Of a stretch of 64,000 bases of DNA, positions 9,858 through 19,502 are shown one piece after another. The stretch lies in the NCBI GenBank assembly GCA_000004985.1, contig GG738868.1, one strand, 5' to 3'. The DNA comes from Naegleria gruberi. Its lineage: Eukaryota. The notes beneath the pieces are model-generated. The model saw only the letters and a list, made by a program, of their open reading frames with translations, was not told the origin of the DNA and did not search any database. Both the position numbers and the translations under genes were made by a program. Each line of letters opens with the position of its first letter. Position 1 is the first letter of the stretch.

Positions 9858-11879
9858 TTATTCCACTTTTTCTTTTTGTTTGAAAAGAGAAATTATTGAG
9901 GTTCCAACCAAGACAGTCCAAGTTGGAATCATGACAACACAGAAACTGATATAGAATAGGTTTTGAGGTAGGTCAGTAATTGTGAAAAACCATTCGAGTT
10001 GACTTGAAATAGCTTCTCCAAAATAGTGTTGTCTTACAAGAATATTTACAATAATCAAATTGAATGGACAAGCTGCAAGTAAGGATACAAGCTGAACAAG
10101 CTTGGCAATAATGTTAGTTGGAAAAACTGTTGTCAAAATGCACAAAATTGATAAATAAGAGGAAAGGAAAATACACAAGGCACTCGAATAAATCATGATT
10201 GCTCCTACCATAATTCCAGAAAAAGCAATAGAAAGAGATTTGGCATATCTCCAATGGATTGGATTTGGTTTAGCTTTGAATAAATACTCGTAAATTCTAT
10301 TAACAACTGGGTAGAACAAAGTGAGAGAAGAAAGTACCAAAATTACAACTATTGAGATCCAATAAGTGGCAAATTGTTGCGAATCAAGAGCCAAATGACG
10401 AAGAGTATCCTTCAATATAATTGGTGTCAAATAAATTAAAACTCCATTAGCAAAATTAGAAATAACAAAAATGACTGCATGAGCAAGTTCTTTTTCGGAT
10501 GCAGTACTGGCATAGTAGTTTCCAATAAATTGAATAGCCAAACAACCAAGGAACATTAATAAGTTTGGTAAATAATGTTCAAATCCATAATAATGTTGTG
10601 AATCAGTAACATAGTACAAAAAGAACGATTGATGCAACTCTTCAATAAGGTTGTTCAAGCTTCTTATACTAATTTCCATAATTCTTCCCATCATGTAATA
10701 GGTATGCATGACACCAATTTTTGTAGTGTGCTGAGTAACAGAGTTAGTCAAAGTAATTGCATGAGTTAATTGTTGTCTGAACCAGGCATGTGGGCCAGTT
10801 GGGATGGAAATCAATTGATTATACCAATGGTTCAATACAATAACACTTCGTTCCATAAAAGAGTTTGGCAAATCAATTCCAAATGATCTAATCATTTCCA
10901 AAAATGCATGATGTAAATAGATAAATGCTGGTACATGATCCTTATAGTTTGGATACTGTTGCATGGTGGCATCAACATTTGGTGTTGCAGTCAGGTCAGC
11001 TTTAAAGAAAGTAGGAAGACCACCACGACCCATATTATAATGACTTTCACTCAATAAACCAGTCACAACATTGACCATGTCAAGATTTGGAAGTTCTCCA
11101 TTGACACCTTCAGTAAGAACAGCAACTTGTTGAAAATCAAATGATTCCAAATCCAAAGTAATGGCCTCTCTCATTCTACCAGTAGGAATAGCAGCAGATT
11201 TGATAAAAGCTTCTTCACCAGCCCAATTATGTTCATATCCATCACTAATAACCAAAATAATATCATGATTAAGCCATTTAACTCTTGAAATATATTTCAA
11301 CAATGCCAACGAGAAGGCCAAACTTTCAGATTTAAAATATGGAACTGTCAATATAATAGATTCCTTTCCATTACCTCTTCCTGGTCTAATAGCAATATAT
11401 AAATTTTCACCTCTCACATTTTCAATCCTATTAATATATCTTCTTTCAACACTATACTCATGTCTCTTCATTTCACTATAAAAAGGAATACTCTCAGAAT
11501 TTAAATAACTTTCAACAGCACTATAAGTTTGATTTCTAAAATCCAACTTGGCTGATCTACTATCCAATGTTTTTAATTGATTCAAAATTGAAACTCCATA
11601 ATCAGCATCTTGTTGATTAAATTCTGGTGTATGAAAAAACACAGAGAGAGCATTCTCCGAATAATAAATGTTTTTCGTAACGAAGGGCCAACATAAAAAC
11701 CATCCAATGGCTCCGATAAATAATAAATAGGAAACAATATTAAAGTATTTAAATAGGTGAAGAATAACTCTTCTCATCATGGGAACTTGTGTTGTATTGT
11801 TATTATTTTCATCAACATTAGGATCTCTTTCATGATCACCACGAGCGATCACTTCCTTCTCTTCGTCTATTTGTTCCAT
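9858..11879 (-). CDS. GPAA1: GPI transamidase component GAA1 (GPAA1)-like. It has an N-terminal TM, a lumenal M28-like domain and a C-terminal multi-TM region.
   Basis: 673-aa ORF with a true ATG at 11877-11879. The topology and size are typical of GAA1 (an early TM, a large hydrophilic domain, then a hydrophobic C-terminal third). I assign it by overall resemblance rather than a single motif. Its stop (9858) lies 1 nt from the stop of the convergent gene at 9856. Confidence 0.55.
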   Translation of the reverse strand: MEQIDEEKEVIARGDHERDPNVDENNNNTTQVPMMRRVILHLFKYFNIVSYLLFIGAIGWFLCWPFVTKNIYYSENALSVFFHTPEFNQQDADYGVSILNQLKTLDSRSAKLDFRNQTYSAVESYLNSESIPFYSEMKRHEYSVERRYINRIENVRGENLYIAIRPGRGNGKESIILTVPYFKSESLAFSLALLKYISRVKWLNHDIILVISDGYEHNWAGEEAFIKSAAIPTGRMREAITLDLESFDFQQVAVLTEGVNGELPNLDMVNVVTGLLSESHYNMGRGGLPTFFKADLTATPNVDATMQQYPNYKDHVPAFIYLHHAFLEMIRSFGIDLPNSFMERSVIVLNHWYNQLISIPTGPHAWFRQQLTHAITLTNSVTQHTTKIGVMHTYYMMGRIMEISIRSLNNLIEELHQSFFLYYVTDSQHYYGFEHYLPNLLMFLGCLAIQFIGNYYASTASEKELAHAVIFVISNFANGVLIYLTPIILKDTLRHLALDSQQFATYWISIVVILVLSSLTLFYPVVNRIYEYLFKAKPNPIHWRYAKSLSIAFSGIMVGAIMIYSSALCIFLSSYLSILCILTTVFPTNIIAKLVQLVSLLAACPFNLIIVNILVRQHYFGEAISSQLEWFFTITDLPQNLFYISFCVVMIPTWTVLVGTSIISLFKQKEKVE

Positions 11880-12014
11880 TTTTTATTTATATTTTAATTC
11901 AAGTATTTATTATTAATTAAATTTACTATTTAAACTTTATATTTTGAATTAATAAAACAAGAGAAAGCCTTTGAATCAAGATGTTGATATGCTTTCAATT
12001 CCCATCTTTAAAAA

Positions 12015-12960
12015 ATGGAATTGGCAACACCACTTGCTAACAATACCCTCTCTGATGATCATCATGGTAAGTAGATGATGATCGGAACAAATATTGAACA
12101 ATTAGGAATTAATTAGATTATTCATTTCCTGATGATATTTGCTTTGAAATTTTGTCATTTCTTGATCCGTGGTCGATTTTGAAAAGTTGTTTATTAATTT
12201 CCAAGCAATGGATGACAATTATTGAACAACGTGTTCAGCTTTCGTTAGAGTTTACGGAAAGGATGAATTTAAGATCGAGCCAATTGTTTTTAAAGAGCCA
12301 ATTTTTAGGAAATATTATCAATCTACAATTATCAGATAAGCAGATGAGTCTTGAGGTTTGGGAAAATGTTGTGAATGCTCTATTGTCTATGGGGAAATTA
12401 AGAATATTGATGGTTGAGAATAATGTGGATATTGAGGGAGCTAAAGTTATTGGAAATATCAAAAGTTTAACCAAGCTCAATATTAATACCATGTCAGTTG
12501 ATTTTTATAGTAGATCTTTTTGCAGACAGGTAAAGAAGGAGCTGAATATTTAAGCGAATTAATCAATTTGAAAGATCTTGATATTTATGATGATAGTATT
12601 GGTGATGAAGGAGCTTTGTCAATTTTTAACTTGAGCAACCTTACCCACCTTGATATTTCAGCAAACGAAATTAGTGATGAAGCTGCGAAATCAATTGGTA
12701 ATTTAAAAAATTTGACTGTTCTTATAATTGGAGCTAATTTAATAAGTGATGAAGGTGTTAAACCAATCACTAATATGAGCCAACTGACTCATCTTGATAT
12801 CAGCAGCAACCTAATCAAATCCACTGGAGCAAAATCTATTAGTGAAATGAAGAATTTAACACATCTAGATGTTTTTGAAAATAATATTGGTGAAGAGGTA
12901 CTGAGTGGAATGAAAAATTTGAAAGAATTCAGAGAAAATTATTGGGACTTTATGAATTAA
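12015..12960 (+). CDS. F-box/LRR protein (ribonuclease-inhibitor-type 24-aa LRRs). Model: join(12015..12066,12117..12496,12526..12960). The last junction is a 29-nt GT..AG gap, which is anomalous.
   Basis: Exon 1 is 'MELATPLANNTLSDDHH' with a GTAAGT donor. Exon 2 is 'DYSFPDDICFEILSFLDPWSILKSCLLISKQWMT…' (F-box). The LRR units (L.NLTHLDIS.N.I…GAKSI) continue in a different frame from 12526. Removing 12497..12525 (gttgatttttatagtagatctttttgcag) restores exact 24-aa register (…LTKLNINTMS|TGKEGAEYLSELIN…). Confidence 0.5.
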
Positions 12961-12985
12961 ACAATTATTTGAAGACGTTATATAT

Positions 12986-14527
12986 TTAAGGTAATTTCAT
13001 AAGTCTGACAGTGTGGGCCATATGATTGACAGTTTCAGCACCAATTACTAAGACTACCAGATCGCCAGGTTGGGCAAATGACTTTTCAACCAAATATTTA
13101 CAACAAAGCTCTTCGACACTGTGAGGACCTGTGATGTAATCCGTGTTATGGATTAGTACAGGAGTAATTCCCCAACCTAATGTGAGACGATTGAATGTAA
13201 ATTCTTGATCTGTCAATGCAATGATTGGAACATTAGGTCTGTATTGAGAAATACTGACAGCTGTTTTCCCTGAATTAGTGATACAACAAATTAATTTAAC
13301 ACCAGAGTGCTTATTTGCAATAGTAGAAGCAGCCATGCAGCTAGCATTTTCAATAGAGTCAGTGGCATTACTGTTGAAATCATTCTCATGAGAGTCCAAT
13401 CTACCAAACTTGTGAGAATTGATGTCAGCTGTTCTCACAATTAAGTGCATAGTTTTGACAGAAAGAACTGGATATTTTCCCATAGCTGATTCATTACTCA
13501 ACATGACTACATCTGTTCCATCAAAACATGCATTGGAAACATCTGTAACTTCAGCTCTGGTTGGAATTTTACTTTCAACCATAGATTGCAGCATTTGGGT
13601 GGCTGTAATATCAATTTTACCTGCTTTGGAGGATTTTTCAATTAATTCCTTTTGGAAAATTGGTAATTCATGGAAATTAGTCTCAATCATCAAATCACCT
13701 CTATGTGAAATAATTATCAGAAAAAAAATCATTCTACAAACTTACCTTGCAACCATCAATCCATCAGCTTCCTTAAGAATGGCATCAATATTTCTAATAG
13801 CTTCAATTCTCTCAATTTTTGCAATAATTGGAATAGTTTTACCAGCAAATTTCATCATTAGATTCTTGGCATCAATAATATCTTGAGCAAATCTGACAAA
13901 ACTCAAACAAACATAATTAATTTCACCACATTTCATACCAAATTCCAAATCAGCAATATCTTTTTCTGTCAATGCAGGGGCTGAAATAGTTGCCCCTTCA
14001 TCAACCATATTAATTCCCTTTCTTTGAGATAACATTCCTCCTGTTACAACTTTACAAACCATTTCAGTTTCTTCTTGATTTTTAGAAACAACGTGCACTT
14101 CCAAATAACCATCATCAATCATTAATTTAGAGCCAGGTCTACAATCCCTAACCAAATTTGGATAAGAAGTAGAAACTTTTCTAGGTCTAGTTTCATTATC
14201 TTCACCACTCGCAATAACACTCTTATCTGTAGTGATCACAATTTCCTCTCCCTCAACAATCATGAAAGATTTACCCAATTTACCAATTCTAATCTTTGGA
14301 CCTTGAAGATCTTGAACAATTGCAAATGGAATTCCACCCAATTCCTTCTGTGCCTCTCTAATCTTTTGAATCGTCTCCAAATGAACGTTGTGTTCTCCAT
14401 GACTAAAGTTTAATCTAGCTGCGTTCATTCCTTCCATCATCATTTGCATTATTATAGATTTATCGGAAGAGCTTGGGCCGATCGTGCACAATATTTTGGT
14501 TCTTCTATCAGATGCTGTTCCGTTCAT
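12986..14527 (-). CDS. PYK: Pyruvate kinase. complement(join(12986..13700,13746..14527)).
   Basis: '…RTKILCTIGPSS…MNAARLNFSHG…GPKIR…MVA|RGDLMIE…' plus the C-terminal 'MLSNESAMGKYP…' are pyruvate kinase hallmarks. One 45-nt GTAAGT..CATAG intron splits the MVARGDLGIE motif in phase 2. Confidence 0.92.
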
Positions 14528-14781
14528 GTTGTTGTGTTACTGTTTTGGTGAGTGATCAAAAAATTGATTAGATCAAGCTTGATGGAACAGATTAATGTGG
14601 AGATATTTTTTTGCTTGCTTGTAATTTGACAAGTTCATTGTAAGGGAAAGGTTTGAAAGAGCATTCTGGTTGTGATGATGAGATGTTCACAATGAATTGT
14701 CTAATGGCCAAATAATTCATTGGACAAAGATGTAGAATTTACATTTATGGAAATCATTTTTAAATTGAAATTTAGAAAAAA

Positions 14782-16476
14782 ATGAAGGAAGATATTACCA
14801 GAACGCATCTTGTAACGAATTATGGTAATAGAGATTTCTCGCATAAGCATCGATCCAATATTTACAAGCAATATCGTCAGAGTTTTAAAAATTCACCTCA
14901 GACAAATGAACAATCTGGCCATGATGACTCATTCGTCCAGAGTCGATTAGCAACACTGCTACAACAATATTTGTTTAAAACTAATCTCAGTTATCAGGTA
15001 GAAACAATTAGTGGAGAAGAAATGAGACTCTTAGAACAGTACAATGAATTGGCTTCGTATAAGAGACAATTCGATCCAGAAGGTTCACCTCCAGAACTTC
15101 CTGAATTCTTAAATGAACCATTCTATTACATTATTGATTTGAGAAATCTCATGTCAAGACCCAATTTTAAAACTCTCTTTCCAGAGTTTGCAAGAACCGC
15201 CTTAACTGAAGAATTTCGACAGGATTTGGAAATATTTTGGAGGGCGTGTTGTAAAGTATTGAATAGAAACTTTGCATTCATAACCCATTTAGATTTGGGA
15301 GAGAATGATTTGGAAAATCTAAAGCCATTCAGAGAATTATCTCAACTCAAACGTTTGACATGTCTTTCATTAAGAAATAACAAGATTTTATTCATTCAAG
15401 AATTGAGATACTTCTCTGGATTGGTTATTAATGAATTGGATATGTCTGGTAACCCATTCATTAACACTGGTGGTTATGTGAGGGAAGATGTCATTTACAT
15501 GTTGTCATTGTTCCCATTTTTAGAAATAGTGGATCAAAATTTCATTCCAGACGATGTCAAAGAAGAGATTGTTATTCACTCATCTTCCAATGTGTCTTTG
15601 TTACCAGATATTAATATTCAAAGTACATTTGAAAGTCAAGAAGAAAGGGCCTGGATTGAATGGTTTCTCAATAATTACTTTACAACATTCGATACTAACA
15701 GAGCTGAAGTAATGTCATGTTATCAACATAATGCAATCTTCTCGTTTTCATACGATATCAATGCCTATGCTGATTTACCTGAGACATTCGAATCTAAATT
15801 AAGTTTAAGATATCTGAAGCCATTCTCCAGAAATTTACTTTACATTCTCAGAGATTCTACTGCAAGAGAAACTCTTCTGAACGAATCTCTCACTCTTCGA
15901 ATTGGAAAAGAAGCAATTTATGAACTTCTTATTGCTATGCCAAACACAATTCACAATTTAACAACTAATTTAATTGATGTATCGTCATATGACGTTATCA
16001 AAATAGTAGATGAACTCAATCCATATCAATCCCCAATTACTAAACATATTATGGTCAATTATCATGGACAATGCCAACAAATGGACGAAAAAGGTATTAA
16101 ATATCCAAGGTCAATTGATTGTCAATTGATTCTCACACCTAATTTGAATCCACTTACTCAACAAACTCTTCGTTACCTCATCCAAAATCAACAATATCAA
16201 ATTAGACCATATGTTTCACTCAGTTTGACCAAGATCTTCAAAGGACATGAAATAGAAAGACCTTCAACTCCTTATTCTTTCGTTGATACTGGATCAAGAA
16301 CTGAATTAACAGCGCTACACGAAAGCATAATAGTTCAATTCACATCAATTACTGGATTAAGAAGAGAATATGCACTTCCATGTTTGGAATATTCAAATTG
16401 GAATATTAGTAACGCAATTAACACTTTTAACACGGAAAAGATGAATGGAAATATTCCACTCTATTGTTTTCAATAA
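14782..16476 (+). CDS. NXF: Nuclear mRNA export factor (NXF1/TAP/Mex67 family) with an LRR, an NTF2-like domain and a C-terminal TAP-C/UBA-like domain.
   Basis: 564-aa ORF. An LRR segment (…ITHLDLGENDLENLKPFRELSQLKRLTCLSLRNN…LDMSGNPF…) is followed by an NTF2-like region (…WIEWFLNNYFTTFDTNRAEVMSCYQHNAIFSF…) and a C-terminal UBA-like tail (…LTALHESIIVQFTSITGLRREYALPCLEYSNWNISNAINTF…), as in NXF1. Confidence 0.6.
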   Translation: MKEDITRTHLVTNYGNRDFSHKHRSNIYKQYRQSFKNSPQTNEQSGHDDSFVQSRLATLLQQYLFKTNLSYQVETISGEEMRLLEQYNELASYKRQFDPEGSPPELPEFLNEPFYYIIDLRNLMSRPNFKTLFPEFARTALTEEFRQDLEIFWRACCKVLNRNFAFITHLDLGENDLENLKPFRELSQLKRLTCLSLRNNKILFIQELRYFSGLVINELDMSGNPFINTGGYVREDVIYMLSLFPFLEIVDQNFIPDDVKEEIVIHSSSNVSLLPDINIQSTFESQEERAWIEWFLNNYFTTFDTNRAEVMSCYQHNAIFSFSYDINAYADLPETFESKLSLRYLKPFSRNLLYILRDSTARETLLNESLTLRIGKEAIYELLIAMPNTIHNLTTNLIDVSSYDVIKIVDELNPYQSPITKHIMVNYHGQCQQMDEKGIKYPRSIDCQLILTPNLNPLTQQTLRYLIQNQQYQIRPYVSLSLTKIFKGHEIERPSTPYSFVDTGSRTELTALHESIIVQFTSITGLRREYALPCLEYSNWNISNAINTFNTEKMNGNIPLYCFQ

Positions 16477-16539
16477 ATTGTGATTTAAATTATTGTAAAT
16501 TATTTGAAAAATCATTATGAAAATTTCAAATAACCAAAT

Positions 16540-17628
16540 ATGAACCTTCAAAATTGGTTAACAAACTTGGATTTGCAGCATTTCATTAATTTTAAATCAA
16601 ATTTTAAAAAAATGAGAAAACAATTAATAAGCAAACTCTCACAAATTGTCTCCCGTGATTTGGGTAATCGTGGCATTGGAAAATTAATAGAAAAATACAC
16701 AAATAACTCTTCCGATTCTACTATCAAACAATCTGAACTGTATTGTGGCAATGAACATTCTATCGGAAAGATTGTTGATGAATTTATAATGCCAAAGGTT
16801 GATTGCCAAAAAGATGTTATTTCTAACAAGTACATTTCGATAATTACTGGATTTTCTGTGCCACCAAATGGATTTTCGGAGAATGATGGACCTTTGGGTG
16901 CAATTTGGATTGGATTGGGAATTGTGAAATATTCCAATTTGAATGTTTTATATTTTGTGGATGAGAATCAATACAATGCAATTTCCAAGTTTGCCAATAT
17001 GGTTTTTGAATCAATGAAAGATAGAATTAAAATTGTTAAAATTACAAAGAGTGATTTGGATAATGTAAAACAATCATCAAGTATTTCTGAATGTATTGAA
17101 AATATTGATTCAATGATTTCTATTGAAAGAGTTGGAAAAACCAAAGATTCTAATTATTATAGTATGAGAGGAATTGATATTTCAAGTTACAATTTGTCAA
17201 TGGATAGATTAATTGATCATGTCAGAGAAATCAAACCAGAAACTCAACTAATTTCTATTGGGGATGGAGGTAATGAAATAGGAATGGGAAATGTAATTGA
17301 TGGAGTTGCACAATTCATCCCAAACGGTGATAAAATAGCATGTGCTGTCAAATGCAATCAGTTATTAATTTGTGGCGTCAGTAATTGGGGTGGTTACTTA
17401 CTCTACCTATTATTTGAACATTGTAATTCATCGCTCACTCTTCAAACAATGCAAGGTATTAATATTGAACTCGATAGAAGCTATCTAGAATATATGAATA
17501 ATGAATGTAAAATGGTAGATGGTGTTAGAAATCAGCCAACTATGAGTGTTGATGGTCTTGAGTATGATCTAGTTCATGCCAACATTCTAAAGGAATTAAA
17601 TGAATGTTTCCAATCATCTAACCAATAA
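16540..17628 (+). CDS. Conserved hypothetical protein (362 aa) with a glycine-rich 'IGDGGNEIGMG' motif. It is possibly of the DUF4392/D-glutamate-cyclase-like family.
   Basis: Clean ORF with an ATG at 16540 and an A-rich upstream context. The family call rests only on the GDGGNE.GMG motif from memory. Confidence 0.45.
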   Translation: MNLQNWLTNLDLQHFINFKSNFKKMRKQLISKLSQIVSRDLGNRGIGKLIEKYTNNSSDSTIKQSELYCGNEHSIGKIVDEFIMPKVDCQKDVISNKYISIITGFSVPPNGFSENDGPLGAIWIGLGIVKYSNLNVLYFVDENQYNAISKFANMVFESMKDRIKIVKITKSDLDNVKQSSSISECIENIDSMISIERVGKTKDSNYYSMRGIDISSYNLSMDRLIDHVREIKPETQLISIGDGGNEIGMGNVIDGVAQFIPNGDKIACAVKCNQLLICGVSNWGGYLLYLLFEHCNSSLTLQTMQGINIELDRSYLEYMNNECKMVDGVRNQPTMSVDGLEYDLVHANILKELNECFQSSNQ

Positions 17629-18388
17629 AAATTGGTGTACCCATTCCATAATTATTAATTTCAAAGATTATATTCAAAATCAACCTTGGAATTAAGGATG
17701 AAAATGAAAACTCTGAAAACGATAGACATCTGAATAGATTCTTTCTCTAAATTCTAAAAATCTCAATATTTTGACAATAAATATATCAAATCTAATCAAA
17801 TCATCATAACGATTTGAAAAACTCATTCAACAGATTGAACGACTACAATCCATTTCCTCAAAAGCTCACTCGTCAAAACTTGTATACAACCACATTTAGG
17901 ACACCACCTAAATTGGTGCCAACTGAGAGACAGTACCCACTAACTCCAACCATTCAAAACAACAACAAATTATCGATATTATTAGACTATTTGATTGCAA
18001 TATTAAATACTTACAAAACACATGTTTGGTTGGTATAATTAAAATGTTCCCGATTATTTTTACTTGCTTCCTTCTTAGGTGGTGAGAGAGGACACATCAT
18101 CAACAAAAGCCGCGCAAAAGAATGCCTGGTAGTAGCTATTATTAATTTTTTGCAACTCAAAAAAAAACCTTGCGCTTCTTTCCGCAATTACAAACACAAA
18201 AGAATCTTCGGGTGCTTAGCCTGCAAAGCGAATCACAACGACGACAACAACTTTTTTGATTGTTTTTATTTCCCTTGTTATAACAACAACCTGACATCTT
18301 TTTGGAACTTTTTGTTCGCAAAAGCAAATTATCATCCATAGTATTTTTTAATACGTAGTAGTAGTACAATAATTGAAATCACTTTGAA

Positions 18389-19089
18389 AATGCAATTGTT
18401 TAGAGATTTTAGTTTTTTGAATTCTCCGCATACAAATAATAAGAAATCTACTCAGGTTTCTTGTTACACTAAAGACACTTGTGGTGTTAAGGAGAACTTG
18501 TACTTCTTCAGTCATGATGACGGTAGAGGGCCTATTCGCTATTTTTGATGTGGCTCTTTTTACCTTGAAGGAAATGGATTTCCACTATCGTCCTCTTGCT
18601 ATGGACGACTCTAACCTCGACTCTCTCCAATATTCTCTCACTCAACAACTCGACCAATCTATGAATTTCCTTTCCAATACTACATTCAAAAATACCCAAA
18701 AACTTTCACCAAAATCTGTAATGTTTGTTTATACTATTGGTGATGAATTACCAGATTATGACGATGCTTCATCAGAATCATCATTGGAATCTGACTCAAG
18801 TGATGCTAATATTAGAACTGGATTTACTGGTATTATCGACTTTGAAAAGAACGAAATGACAATTTATCCACCTTCTAATTCTTCATGCATGAATAAGGAT
18901 TCTGTTATTAATCTTATGGACATGGCTGATTGCCTCGGTATTTCAACTTTGTACATGTGTATTGAAAAGAACCATCAAGAAATTAGAGAGTTTTCTCGTG
19001 GTTTCATTTATGCTGGTTTCGAATTGATACAACCAAAGATTAAGCAATTGTCTTCAACTGAATGGGTTGTTTTTGGTGCTGAATTGTAA
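18389..19089 (+). CDS. OAZ: Ornithine decarboxylase antizyme (OAZ). The antizyme domain is encoded from 18547 (or ATG 18513) to 19089. A candidate short ORF1 runs join(18389..18410,18475..18548) and ends at a +1 frameshift site, UUU-UGA-U (18543..18549).
   Basis: The C-terminal '…LMDMADCLGISTLYMCIEKNHQEIREFSRGFIYAGFELIQP' matches the antizyme signature (…LLEFAEE.L…HVF.CFHKNR.DRA.LLRTFSFLGFEIV.P). The zero frame is open for 43 codons up to TTT-TGA-T, then the +1 frame (GAT GTG…) carries the homology for 180 codons. Confidence 0.7.
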
Positions 19090-19502
19090 AAAGATTTTTT
19101 CGGAATTGGAAAGATTTTTGTAAATATTTAATTGGTCAGAGAGAAGGAAACGAATTCAATCTACACGATATCTTATAGAACTTGCAAACCAAAACTTTGG
19201 ATGACGGATTGAGCATTGTAAACTTGAATAACGTCGGTTGTTTGGGTTTTGTTCTTTGTTCACATAATCTTGATAGTGGAGTTGTTGGAATGCAATCTTT
19301 CTATTTTAGAGGATGACTGAAGATTGTCTTTGAACCCTTTTCTCATTTTAATAAAGAGAGAGTTCGAATAATACTTTTACTGTTTCTTTAATTTGAGTCT
19401 ATGACAAACAGAGAAGGTAGATCTGAAGATGTTTTCAAGGTTGTAATTTGAAATCAATAATTTTATTCCAAAAAGATTCACATAATGAGAACAGGCGATA
19501 GT

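Noticed and set aside
18150-18369. Cys-rich 63-70-aa ORFs on both strands in the antizyme 5' leader
   Set aside because: They sit in a GC-richer non-coding leader, and both strands give similar Cys-rich junk. They lack ATG context and are likely structural RNA or regulatory DNA rather than coding. The ATG-initiated 16-codon uORF at 18389 is noted under the antizyme finding.
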